IMG/VR virus record: IMGVR_UViG_3300043313_001099
Location: 1 to 64,000 of that record
Length of the DNA: 64,000 nucleotides
Source: a virus
Strand: one strand, 5' to 3'
Below, in pieces: positions 8,815 to 17,848 of the stretch. How positions within the stretch are numbered: the stretch's first letter is position 1; every line of letters begins with the position of its first letter. The notes beneath the pieces are model-generated. The model saw only the letters and a list, made by a program, of their open reading frames with translations. It did not search any database and had not been told where the DNA came from. The translations under genes were made by a program, and so were the position numbers.

Positions 8815-9047
8815 GCCGCGCCGAGACGGCCGAAAGCCTGGTCACCGCCGCCTTCGTAGTCGTCCGGCGCGCACGCAGCTCCGGATGCAGCAACCTGATC
8901 ACCAACCTGTGCATCCAGGAGATCGCGGAGACCCGCCGCATCCCCGGCGACGCCTACTCCCTGGCGACCTGCCGCCGCATCGCCCGGGAGCGCGCCCGCC
9001 TCATGGGAGAGGAGGAGCTCCTGGCCACCGAGATGTGGAAGCGCTGA
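8811..9047 (+). CDS. Hypothetical protein (MSRAETAESLV...)
   Basis: ATGA coupling. Confidence 0.6.
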   Translation: MSRAETAESLVTAAFVVVRRARSSGCSNLITNLCIQEIAETRRIPGDAYSLATCRRIARERARLMGEEELLATEMWKR

Positions 9048-9074
9048 CCGCACCAACCGACAAGGAGAACACGC

Positions 9075-9335
9075 ATGGCCCGCTGGAACTACACCCTCCA
9101 CCTCAAGGACTTCTTCCACGACGAGACCCTGACCTTCCCCGAATGGCGCGACCGCGTGGTGAACCGCGTGCGCAGCACCACCTGGTACAAGGCCACCAGC
9201 ACCGCCGGTGACCCGTGCCTGGCGGACATCGTGGGAGAGCTGGCCGACACCCAGGACCGGCGGGAATTCGATCAGGTGTTCGCCGCCGTCTACGACCAGG
9301 CCGACTACGACCGCTGCTGGATCGAGACCCGCTGA
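9075..9335 (+). CDS. Small phage protein
   Basis: AAGGAG RBS; W...L.LKD...FD.....YD.AD..RCWI pattern seen in small phage proteins. Confidence 0.7.
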   Translation: MARWNYTLHLKDFFHDETLTFPEWRDRVVNRVRSTTWYKATSTAGDPCLADIVGELADTQDRREFDQVFAAVYDQADYDRCWIETR

Positions 9336-9422
9336 CCGGACAGCCCGGCCGACCGGTCAGCCCTCCGATTCTGGCCGGTTCCCAGGCCCGCCCGGCCTAC
9401 CCCGACAGGAAGGATTCCGAGC

Positions 9423-9701
9423 ATGAGTAGTACCCCAACGTTCCCGGCAACCGGCAGATGCCGGTCCTGCCGCGCACCCCTCATCTGGGCCACCACCAGC
9501 AAGGGCAAGCTGATGCCCGTGGATGCCGAGCCGACCCCTGACGGCAACCTGATCCTCACCGCCTCCCCCGGTGGGGCCGCACCGACCGTAATCGTCCTCG
9601 CCTCCGCCGAGCTGCCCATCATCGAGGGCGAGCGGCGGAAGCCACACAAGGCCACCTGCCCGGACGCCGCCGCCTGGCAGACGCGCACCCGGACCGCCTG
9701 A
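9423..9701 (+). CDS. Zn-finger phage protein
   Basis: CRSCRAPLIW...GKLMPVDAEP..DGN...H.ATCP. Confidence 0.75.
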   Translation: MSSTPTFPATGRCRSCRAPLIWATTSKGKLMPVDAEPTPDGNLILTASPGGAAPTVIVLASAELPIIEGERRKPHKATCPDAAAWQTRTRTA

Positions 9702-9723
9702 TCACCGAGAGGACCGAGTAGAC

Positions 9724-9909
9724 GTGACGCGACTGCTGGTGACGCTGACCAACGGCGTTGAGCTCGTGAGTCGCCTGCCCGTCCACCTGGACGAGGAGGA
9801 GCTACTGGATGACCTGCGGCAGAACCGGCCGCTGATCATCCGGGGCAGGGATGGTGAGCGGACAATCGTGCCGGTCACGGCAATCCTGCACATCCGGCCG
9901 GCCGAGTAA
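9724..9909 (+). CDS. Hypothetical protein
   Basis: GAGG RBS; in the operon run. Confidence 0.5.
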   Translation: MTRLLVTLTNGVELVSRLPVHLDEEELLDDLRQNRPLIIRGRDGERTIVPVTAILHIRPAE

Positions 9910-9939
9910 TAGACCCCACGAAACCGTTTGGAGACACCG

Positions 9940-10203
9940 ATGGACGAGAGGTTTCATGCCGGATCCGCCCACTTCACTACTGCTGAGAAGTGGCTGGCGA
10001 GGGCTGAGGAGGAGTACGCCAAGAGTTCCTGGTACCCGAAGGACAAGGCGACAGTGGCAACGGAGATTGCCATGGTTCACGCGCTCCTGGCACAGGCAGC
10101 CGCTACCGCAGAGCTGAACGCGCTGAGCATTTCGGGTGAGCTGGTCACCGGCCGGGACTCGAACCAGACTGCGGCCTGGAGCAAGGTGATCGGCCGTGGC
10201 TGA
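9940..10203 (+). CDS. Hypothetical protein
   Basis: GGAG RBS before ATG 9940; overlaps the next start. Confidence 0.55.
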   Translation: MDERFHAGSAHFTTAEKWLARAEEEYAKSSWYPKDKATVATEIAMVHALLAQAAATAELNALSISGELVTGRDSNQTAAWSKVIGRG

Positions 10204-10456
10204 CCCGTTCATCCCTGTGGCGACGGAGCCCGTCACGCCGGACCGGCTCGGGGTTGGTGACAAGATCGAGGACCCGCGCGGAGACACCTACTTCGTACAC
10301 AGCGTGCACCGTGCCGGCGACGATTACGTGGTCGGCCTAGTCGAGTACCCGGGGCATCCGACCGTGTGGGACACCACCCTCCGCCCTCGGGACACCGTGA
10401 CCCGCATCCTGGTGGACGGGTCGCCCGCCCCCCGGATGCCCGGCTCCCACATCTGA
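10196..10456 (+). CDS. Small beta-rich hypothetical protein
   Basis: 8-bp overlap with the upstream gene. Confidence 0.55.
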   Translation: MADPFIPVATEPVTPDRLGVGDKIEDPRGDTYFVHSVHRAGDDYVVGLVEYPGHPTVWDTTLRPRDTVTRILVDGSPAPRMPGSHI

Positions 10457-10474
10457 CGCCAGAGGAGGCACCAA

Positions 10475-10708
10475 ATGCGAACCCTTGCCTTCGTAACGCT
10501 TACCCCGGACGGGAAGATCATGGACACGTCAACCGTGACCATCAACGGTCAGACCGCACCAGTCCCGCTCTGGACCCGGACCGGGGTACGGGCCGCCCCG
10601 CCCCGAATTGGGCAGGCCATCGCGGACCTCGGGTACCGCGCCCCTGACTACTACGGCACGATCACCGACATCCCCGGCGGCAGTACCATCGAAGTTGTCC
10701 CGGCCTGA
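10475..10708 (+). CDS. Hypothetical protein
   Basis: GGAGG RBS; ends just before a terminator. Confidence 0.6.
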   Translation: MRTLAFVTLTPDGKIMDTSTVTINGQTAPVPLWTRTGVRAAPPRIGQAIADLGYRAPDYYGTITDIPGGSTIEVVPA

Positions 10709-10711
10709 ACG

Positions 10712-10764
10712 CACGAAAGCGCCCCGCCTCCCGGCCAACAGGCCAGGGGCGGGGCGCTTTCGTG
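10712..10764. terminator. Bidirectional intrinsic terminator between the accessory operon and the late operon
   Basis: CACGAAAGCGCCCCGCC ... GGCGGGGCGCTTTCGTG, 17-bp perfect stem between convergent genes. Confidence 0.85.
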
Positions 10765-10775
10765 TGAGGCGGGCG

Positions 10776-11621
10776 TCAGCGGGCAGCTTCAGCCTTGTAC
10801 GCGGCCGTCTCCGGGGGGAACTCCTCCAGCGGGTAGTAGAGGGTGGCTGACGTGCCGGGAGCACACCACCACGCCACCGACCGGCAGCCGTTCCGCCGCA
10901 GGTACGCGACACAGGCCGTGATCCAGGCCGCGCGGGCGGGAGACCGGGACGTGTCCCGGGTACCGTCCGCCTTGAGAGGCAGGATCGCGCCCAGCTCGGA
11001 CACGATCAGAGGGACACCGGCCTCGGCCGCCGCAGAGAACGGCAGGGCGAAGAACGAGGCGGGATCCTCGTACCGGGCCTGCTCGTCGTAGCAGTCCCAG
11101 CCCATGTAGTCCCCGACGCCCGGCCACCACTGGTGCCAGTCGCCCTTGTGGCGCGACCAGTACAGGGTGTGAATCGGGACCAGCTTGAACAATGAGCGCC
11201 GAGGATGCCCGGCCGCCCACTGCCAGAGGAGCTGCCAGTTCGCCCGGTACGTGGCCGCATCGAGGTCGCCCTCGGGCTCGTGGTGGTAGGTGACCCAGAT
11301 CTGCCGCCAGGTCGACGGCGCGGCCGACAGCCAGGCCAGGAACGCGGTCTTGGTCGGCATGTCCTTGAAGGACGGGTGAGGAATCCAGGTCGCCGGCACA
11401 GAGGCCAGCACGCCGGTCCACGGGGGCAGCCCTGCACCCTCCTTGGAGAACAGGCGGGTCGGCCCGGTCAGCCCGGGAAACAGGCTCTTGTGGGAGGTCA
11501 GCGCTGCGGCGGTACCCGGGGTGTCGACCCCGACCAGCATCCGGGGCCGCACGATGGCGGTCCCGGACGCGGGTACGACGGTGCCGTTGGGCAGGGTGAC
11601 CGCTCCGGAGAACGTCACCAT
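10776..11621 (-). CDS. Clan GH-A (GH26-like) glycoside hydrolase
   Basis: TYHHEPE acid/base motif, YMGWDCY, LIVSELG nucleophile motif. Confidence 0.7.
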   Translation of the reverse strand: MVTFSGAVTLPNGTVVPASGTAIVRPRMLVGVDTPGTAAALTSHKSLFPGLTGPTRLFSKEGAGLPPWTGVLASVPATWIPHPSFKDMPTKTAFLAWLSAAPSTWRQIWVTYHHEPEGDLDAATYRANWQLLWQWAAGHPRRSLFKLVPIHTLYWSRHKGDWHQWWPGVGDYMGWDCYDEQARYEDPASFFALPFSAAAEAGVPLIVSELGAILPLKADGTRDTSRSPARAAWITACVAYLRRNGCRSVAWWCAPGTSATLYYPLEEFPPETAAYKAEAAR

Positions 11622-11628
11622 CCGGGCC

Positions 11629-11910
11629 TCAGCCGGCCGGAGTGGCGTGGAACATGGCCGGGTTGTCCGGGTCCTGGAGGACCACGTACCCCGGGGCGGA
11701 GAACGCCCCGTAGCGCCCGCCCGGGATGGTGACGTGGGCCGTGCCCGACGCCTCGAAGCTGCCGAGGCCGGGCACAGCGACGGAACCGGTGAAGGTCACA
11801 TCCTTGACCTGTGCGTCCATGTTGGCGTCGACCTCCACGGTGAAGGTGATCGGGTCACCCTCGGTGTAGGTGGCGTCGGGGGCGTCGAAGCGGAGGGTTG
11901 CGGTGGTCAC
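11629..11910 (-). CDS. Small beta-rich hypothetical protein
   Basis: AGGAG RBS; in the late operon. Confidence 0.6.
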   Translation of the reverse strand: MTTATLRFDAPDATYTEGDPITFTVEVDANMDAQVKDVTFTGSVAVPGLGSFEASGTAHVTIPGGRYGAFSAPGYVVLQDPDNPAMFHATPAG

Positions 11911-11961
11911 GGAGCTCCTGTCCTGTGCGATGAGTGGATGTCGGGGATGGGCGGAGGGGTG

Positions 11962-12318
11962 TTACCGGCTGAGCCCGGCGGTGCGCCGGCCGGACAGCGA
12001 CGGGGCCTTGCCCACGGACAGCACGGTCAGCGCGGCGAGGATGAGCTCCGTCAGGTCGCCGGAGTCGATCCCGCCGACGATTGCCGTCGCGGCCACGTTC
12101 AGCACCGCCAGGAACAGGGCGATCACGGTCTTGACCCACGGCCACTGCGGCATGCTTGGGAACAGGTACACCGCAAAGGCGGTCACGGCGGCGATGGCCA
12201 CCTGGATGCCCTCCTGCTGGGTCAGGTGCCCGTCCGAGATGAGGGCCTGCGTGGCGGTCACGACCGCGAACAGGAACGCCCAGAGCGACTTGCCGTACCG
12301 CGAGTAGAACTCGGACAT
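11962..12318 (-). CDS. Holin
   Basis: 118 aa, about 4 TM helices, basic C-terminus, in the lysis cassette. Confidence 0.75.
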   Translation of the reverse strand: MSEFYSRYGKSLWAFLFAVVTATQALISDGHLTQQEGIQVAIAAVTAFAVYLFPSMPQWPWVKTVIALFLAVLNVAATAIVGGIDSGDLTELILAALTVLSVGKAPSLSGRRTAGLSR

Positions 12319-12327
12319 GAGAGCCTC

Positions 12328-13224
12328 CTACAGGCTGTCGATGAAGTTGCGGATCCCCTGCGCCAGGCGCGCCAGGAATGCGCGCACCCGGTCCAGGAGG
12401 CTGTAGCCCGCTGCCGGCGCAGGGCCGGGAGTCGGGCCGGGGAGAGGGAGCGTCCGGCCGGTCAGCTCCCGGTACGCGGACGCCAGGGCAGGCAGGTCGA
12501 TGCCGGCCTGGAATGCGGGGTGGGACAGGTGCTCCGGCCAGATCACGACCCACGCCTCATCAAGCTGGTGGGTCAGGAACTCGTCCGTCGTGCCGAGTAC
12601 GTCGCCCCACGTCACCACGGACACGTCGAGGCCGTGGCCACTGGCGGAGGTGTACGCGCCGGCCGCAACCGCGTGTCCGCCCCATTCGGCGGAGCGGGAG
12701 TAGTCCCACAGCCCTCGGTAGGTCTGGTCCTGCTGGGCCACTTGGAGGTCGACGCCGAGGAGGGCCACGCCGAAGATCGACACGGCGGCCCGGAGCTCGT
12801 CCAGGTTGGTGTGGTCGACCTGTGCGAAGCACACCGGCCGGTACCCGCCGATGCCGCCAGCCAGGAGGGCCTCAAGCATGGTTTGCATGTCCACGCCGTT
12901 GTCGTCCGCGCCCGTGGCCGGATCGAACCGGGGATTGCCCGACCGGCGGTAGAGGTCGAACACGTCCTCCTGCGACGGGGACCGCTCCGGCACATCCGCG
13001 TACACGGTGAGCGCCTTGAGGCTGTTCGCCACGCTCACCGGCCCGCAGTCTCCGAACTGATCATTTCGGTACAGCTCGAAATCAAAGACCCGTGAGAGGT
13101 GGTCGACGGTGATCGGGTGCGCGGGCACGCCGGCGGTGAGGAGTGGGCCGAGGCGGAGCGCCGGCCGCCGCGACGGTGCACGCCGGCCGAGCCGCCTGCC
13201 GTCCTCGACGTGTTCGTGGGGCAC
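12328..13224 (-). CDS. Papain-like cysteine peptidase
   Basis: NDQFGDC (catalytic Cys), WGGHAV (His), VVTWG. Confidence 0.65.
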   Translation of the reverse strand: MPHEHVEDGRRLGRRAPSRRPALRLGPLLTAGVPAHPITVDHLSRVFDFELYRNDQFGDCGPVSVANSLKALTVYADVPERSPSQEDVFDLYRRSGNPRFDPATGADDNGVDMQTMLEALLAGGIGGYRPVCFAQVDHTNLDELRAAVSIFGVALLGVDLQVAQQDQTYRGLWDYSRSAEWGGHAVAAGAYTSASGHGLDVSVVTWGDVLGTTDEFLTHQLDEAWVVIWPEHLSHPAFQAGIDLPALASAYRELTGRTLPLPGPTPGPAPAAGYSLLDRVRAFLARLAQGIRNFIDSL

Positions 13225-13303
13225 AGGGGTTACCTCCGTATGGGCGCAGGGCTGCCCACCCGCCAGCGGGACGCTGGGCGGGCCGGGCGGGCAGGATGAG
13301 GGG

Positions 13304-13597
13304 ATGACGGAGCGACCACTTCAGGTCTGGTGGAATGGCCGGTGGGGCAGGATGTCCAGCCGCCGGATCTACGTCATGGACAGGCCGGACGGGTATGAGG
13401 TGGAGGCAACCGGGGGCCGCGCCGGCCGGAGGGTGTGGGACGTGCCCAACCTGGCGGACGGCGTGCCCGACACGGAGCGGGTCGACGCCCTCCTACGGGA
13501 CCTGATGTCCCCGGAGGACGCCGACCCCAACGACGGCTGGTGCAACATCACCGACGCCTACCGGAACAGGCTCAGCTCACCACCGGAGGCGGAGTGA
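13304..13597 (+). CDS. Antisense-oriented small gene inside the lysis cassette
   Basis: MTERPLQVWWNGRWG..., 97 aa; CAGGAT 6 nt before ATG; fills the gap between two - strand genes. Confidence 0.6.
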   Translation: MTERPLQVWWNGRWGRMSSRRIYVMDRPDGYEVEATGGRAGRRVWDVPNLADGVPDTERVDALLRDLMSPEDADPNDGWCNITDAYRNRLSSPPEAE

Positions 13598-14036
13598 CGG
13601 CGAGCGACTGAAGCTGCTCCACCTGCACTCTGGCCACGCGGAGCTCGCTCTCCCTGGCAGCCAGCAACTCCCTCGCCATCTGGAGCTCGGCGTGGGCCCG
13701 TGCGAGATCCGTGTGGGCCTGCGCCAGCTCGGCGCGCAGGCTCCGGGCCTGCGCCAGGAGTTCCTGCTCCCGCTGCTCCAGCGTCGCCACCCGGATCCGT
13801 AGCGCGGTGACCTCGTTTTCCAGCGCGATCAAGCGCTCAGCCATGTGTTTGCGCTCCTCGGACATCATGGCAACCACCTGCTGTGCAGCGTTGGTAACCA
13901 CGTCGGCGGCCTGCGCCTCAGTGAGTTCCACTGAGGCATTCGATTCCGCCTTGCGGCGACGTCCGAGGAGCGCGGAGAACCCAACCCCGGCAACGGTGAT
14001 GACTGCCACCGTGACCTCGGTTGGCACGGGGATCAT
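13572..14036 (-). CDS. Lysis-associated membrane-anchored coiled-coil protein
   Basis: N-terminal TM followed by a long heptad coiled coil; directly after the endolysin. Confidence 0.65.
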   Translation of the reverse strand: MIPVPTEVTVAVITVAGVGFSALLGRRRKAESNASVELTEAQAADVVTNAAQQVVAMMSEERKHMAERLIALENEVTALRIRVATLEQREQELLAQARSLRAELAQAHTDLARAHAELQMARELLAARESELRVARVQVEQLQSLAVTPPPVVS

Positions 14037-15142
14037 CCGGCCAGCCGGCGGGCGAGGTCGTCCCCCTCCGCTTTGGTGATGGCGGCCAGCACCGCCGAGT
14101 CGGTGAGCGCCGCCTTGAGAGCAGCCACCAGGTCAGCCTGGCTGACCCCGGGTACCCCGGACGCGGCCGGCTGTACGGCCGGCAGCGCGCCGGCCCAGGT
14201 CCCCCAGCCGGACCGCACGTACCGGGGGTAGACGCCGCCGCCCAGCTTGGGCAGGTCGACCCACTCGAACTTGCCCGGCTGGTTGATCAGGTTCCGAACG
14301 GTGTCCCCGGTGAGGAGATCCGGGTAGGTCGGGCCGAAGCCGGACGCCTTGCCGTACGCGATGATCTGCGCGTCGGCCAGGCTGACCGGCCGGCTGACCA
14401 GCCCGTTGCACAGGTAGTAGTTGTTCTTGTCGTCAACGGCGAGGAACATGGCGGCCTCCTTGGAGTCGTCAGTGAGAGCGGCGAGGTGGCCGCTGGCGAG
14501 TAGCGCGTAGAGCTGCGTCCGGGTACCCCGGAATGCGGAGATGTCGCTCGTGCTCAGCCCGGCGATCGTGGCTGAGCTGGCGAACTGCCAGAACGCCGGC
14601 ATCTGTCCGGAGTAGGAGACCCACCCGGGGCCGTTGTCCCCCGGGTACAGGTCCCGCCAGTAGGCCAGGCGAGACGACGGGTAGTTCGCATTCCAGATTG
14701 CGTACGGCCAGCCGCGCAGGCTGTCCCCGTACTGGGTCTTGGAGGCGTAGACCACGACTTTCTTGCCGGTACGGGCGAGCTCGTCGGCGTACTCCCGGCC
14801 GTCCTGCGGAGACACCGAGTCGTACGGCCACCGCTCCAGGTCAACCTGCCACCACCAGCCCGGCATGTCCCGCCACCAGGGGGCGATGCGGTCGCACTGC
14901 GAGATGAGGACCCTGGCCTGCGCCGCGCCGTCCCCGGACCGGACCACGCCGTACGCGCCGATCAGGTCGAAGCCGACCTGCCGCCAGGAGGCGAACGCCA
15001 GCGCCGCCTCCTCGTCGTAGCCGCCCATGCCTTCCGTGACCTTGTGGCTGACGGCCGCCAGCCCTTCCGCCTTCATTCGTGCCGCCACGGTCGGCGTGAT
15101 GTAGTCGTCGTAGTGGCTGAAGTCCCCGAGGAACTCGGTCAT
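14033..15142 (-). CDS. Endolysin, GH25 muramidase (start ATG 15142)
   Basis: GDFSHY, HKVTEG, GAY, VDLE, WNANYP, FWQF motifs. Confidence 0.85.
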   Translation of the reverse strand: MTEFLGDFSHYDDYITPTVAARMKAEGLAAVSHKVTEGMGGYDEEAALAFASWRQVGFDLIGAYGVVRSGDGAAQARVLISQCDRIAPWWRDMPGWWWQVDLERWPYDSVSPQDGREYADELARTGKKVVVYASKTQYGDSLRGWPYAIWNANYPSSRLAYWRDLYPGDNGPGWVSYSGQMPAFWQFASSATIAGLSTSDISAFRGTRTQLYALLASGHLAALTDDSKEAAMFLAVDDKNNYYLCNGLVSRPVSLADAQIIAYGKASGFGPTYPDLLTGDTVRNLINQPGKFEWVDLPKLGGGVYPRYVRSGWGTWAGALPAVQPAASGVPGVSQADLVAALKAALTDSAVLAAITKAEGDDLARRLAG

Positions 15143-15149
15143 CGCTCCC

Positions 15150-16913
15150 TCACTTCCCCGTGGCAGCGCGCCATGCCGCCGGGGAGGCGGTGTCGGCAGG
15201 CTGCGACGTGATGGTCTGGGTGGCGACGTTGCTGACCGTGGGCCAGTACACCGCCCGATGGATGGCTTGCCGGATCTGCCAGTCACCCTTGGGCCCGGTC
15301 TCGTCAAACCACGAGAACAGGGCGTATCCGTGCGCCACCGCGTAGGCGTACGAGGTGGTAATCCAGTTGGGTCGGCGCGTGGAGTCAGCGAAGTCCGGCG
15401 CACAGCCGACCTCAGTCCATCCCTTCTGGACACCCTTCGCGTCCGCCCAGGCGGTGAACGCATCCATGAGGACCGGGGCGTTCTTCCACGTCGTGCTGTC
15501 ATGGCGGGCGGACGGCAGGTTGTATTGATCGACGGCGTATCCCTCGACGCCCGGCACCCAGTAGTCCTCGGGGTCGCGGCCGGACACCGGATCCCAGGTG
15601 TAGCCCATGAGGATCGGCCAGACTTTGACCTTGGGGTTGCCGATGGTGGCCACGAGGCTGACCAGGTGTGCGACGCCGGCCCGCCAGGTGGAGGCGAGCA
15701 TGGAGCCGGACTCAACGTTGTCCTCCGGCTCGTGGTACGGGCAGATCTTCAGCCACTGCCCGGTGTAGCCGCCGAGGAGCGTCGTCAACTTCGCGTCGTA
15801 GCTGCCAGCAGCCAATGCCGTCATGTCGAACTTGATCGACAGCACGCAACCTCGGCTCGCCCAGTCACTCGTCTCGCCCGGCACAGGCCAGGTGGTGCCG
15901 AGGGCAGCCACAGAGGACTGACTCGGGTTGAGGTAGACACGGAGGAAGTCGACCGCCCCGCAGGCGGAGACCCATGCGTCGTAGGACTGCTGGAGGGTGT
16001 GGCCCGATGCCGGGTACGGAGCGACGGCCGCGCCCACCTTCAGCACGGGAGTGTCCGGCCGGGAACCGATGGGGTACGTGATGAAGTCGAACCAGACCGT
16101 AGAGGCCGTGATGCCGGACCCTACGGAGATCAGGCCGCCCGACGTGATCGTGACCGCGCCGGAGCCGCCGGACCAGCGGATGCCGCCGGTCAGCGAACCG
16201 GATGGGCAGTGCGCGGCAGCGATGGTGCCGAGGGTGGTGCCGGACGTAGCGGTTCCCACGAGCGTTCCCCGGATCCGGACCGTGGCCCCGTCCGCCTCCA
16301 GGCGGGTCGAGCAGTGCACGGTGCCGTGAGCCATGCCGGTACCGGGGGTCACGTCGATCCAGGGACCGGGTACCGGCTGCGCCGTACCGCCTCCGGAGCT
16401 GGATGGGGCCGGTACCGACAGCCATTTCTGGAGGAGCTCATTCCAGGTCGGCACGTCGCCGTCCGCCCGGGTAGCCGGATCTCCCAGCGCCGAGTCGGTG
16501 AGGTCGCCGCTGCCGATGTTGTGCGGGTTGACGGCCGTGGTGTGTCCGGTCAGGGCGGTAGCGCCGACAGCAACGCCGGCCACCGCTGAGGCCACCGCGT
16601 CCGCCAGGGCCACCGAGAGGACCAGTACGCGCGGGCCACCGGCCGCCGACGCCCACATGGCGAGCACCCCGGGAGGTCCGTACACGGAGAGGATCGCGCC
16701 GGCCGTGATGCCGCCGGAGCCGGTGCTTGTCGTGGTGCCGGTGACGGCGGTCAGGCCGTCCGGATCCGAGCTGAGGTCGGTGTACTGGGTACCGCCGACC
16801 TGTGCGTTCCAGAACGTGACAGCCACCCCGGGCTGAAGCACCATCGTGGAGCCGCTGCCTGCCGTCACCGCGTAGTCGGCCGCCCCGCCGCCGAACAGAT
16901 ACCGCACAGCCAT
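15150..16913 (-). CDS. Tail fibre / receptor-binding protein with C-terminal GH26-like domain (start ATG 16913)
   Basis: N-terminal RYLFGGG..DY...TFW.A..GG.QYTDL; C-terminal YHEPED, YAVDQYN, WTEVG. Confidence 0.75.
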   Translation of the reverse strand: MAVRYLFGGGAADYAVTAGSGSTMVLQPGVAVTFWNAQVGGTQYTDLSSDPDGLTAVTGTTTSTGSGGITAGAILSVYGPPGVLAMWASAAGGPRVLVLSVALADAVASAVAGVAVGATALTGHTTAVNPHNIGSGDLTDSALGDPATRADGDVPTWNELLQKWLSVPAPSSSGGGTAQPVPGPWIDVTPGTGMAHGTVHCSTRLEADGATVRIRGTLVGTATSGTTLGTIAAAHCPSGSLTGGIRWSGGSGAVTITSGGLISVGSGITASTVWFDFITYPIGSRPDTPVLKVGAAVAPYPASGHTLQQSYDAWVSACGAVDFLRVYLNPSQSSVAALGTTWPVPGETSDWASRGCVLSIKFDMTALAAGSYDAKLTTLLGGYTGQWLKICPYHEPEDNVESGSMLASTWRAGVAHLVSLVATIGNPKVKVWPILMGYTWDPVSGRDPEDYWVPGVEGYAVDQYNLPSARHDSTTWKNAPVLMDAFTAWADAKGVQKGWTEVGCAPDFADSTRRPNWITTSYAYAVAHGYALFSWFDETGPKGDWQIRQAIHRAVYWPTVSNVATQTITSQPADTASPAAWRAATGK

Positions 16914-16927
16914 GTCCAGCCCCCCCG

Positions 16928-17848
16928 TCAGCCGACCGGCCAGGACACCGAGTGCAGAGCAACCCCGGTGCCGGTCGGAATGTCGATCCAGAAGTCGTTG
17001 AGGACCACGGAGCCGTCCACGTCGATGTAGCCGTGGCCGAGGTTGCCGTGCGTGAGGTACATGAGGATCTGCACCTGCTCCGTAGGCAGGTACGGGGTGG
17101 GGATGTTGGCGAGGGTGGAGATCCCTGTCGCCGTCACCAGCCCTCCGGTGCGGTTCACCGAGAGCTGGAGGCTGGCGACGCCGTTGACGGCGCGAATCTT
17201 GGACTGGATCACGGACCAGCCGCCCGCTGCTGACACGGGGAGCCAGCCGGAGTCGGATCGGATGATGAGCCACGTCGACCCGTTGGACACCAGGAGCCGC
17301 TGGGTGTCCGTCTCGTAGATGATCAGACCGGCGGCGTGCGCCGGCCGGGAATCCCTCTTGCACACCACGGCGGGCGGGGCCACGTACTGCGCGAACCAGG
17401 TCACGTCGGAGGCGGCGATGGTGGCCGCGCCGGGGGCCACGTTGACCTGTGCGAGCGGCAGCTCCCACACTCCGGTGTCTCCGAGGTCCTGCACCGGGGC
17501 GGGGAGGGAGGAGCCGCCGGTTACGACGGCGACGCGCACGTTCCAGGTGGAGCGGGTCAGCCGCAGCACCACGAGGTCCTTGCGGACGGATCCGCCGCCG
17601 TTGGCCGCGACCGTGAACGAGGTGTCGGAGGTGCCCGAGTACCAGGTGAAGCCGCGTACCCGACCCCAGTTGCCGAGGCGGGACTTCACCGCCCGGGCAC
17701 TGTTGTCGGCGTAGATGACCGGGGTGTCGCCGGGCGTCCCGTAGATGGCGCTCGGCGTGTTGAACATGGCGTGAAGCTCGTACTCCCGGTCAGACATGCT
17801 GCCGGAGCTATGAGTGGGGGACGGCCAGGAGTCCTCGGCCACGGTCAT
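16928..17848 (-). CDS. Minor tail protein
   Basis: RKDLVVLRL and WELPLAQV motifs; position in the tail module. Confidence 0.8.
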   Translation of the reverse strand: MTVAEDSWPSPTHSSGSMSDREYELHAMFNTPSAIYGTPGDTPVIYADNSARAVKSRLGNWGRVRGFTWYSGTSDTSFTVAANGGGSVRKDLVVLRLTRSTWNVRVAVVTGGSSLPAPVQDLGDTGVWELPLAQVNVAPGAATIAASDVTWFAQYVAPPAVVCKRDSRPAHAAGLIIYETDTQRLLVSNGSTWLIIRSDSGWLPVSAAGGWSVIQSKIRAVNGVASLQLSVNRTGGLVTATGISTLANIPTPYLPTEQVQILMYLTHGNLGHGYIDVDGSVVLNDFWIDIPTGTGVALHSVSWPVG

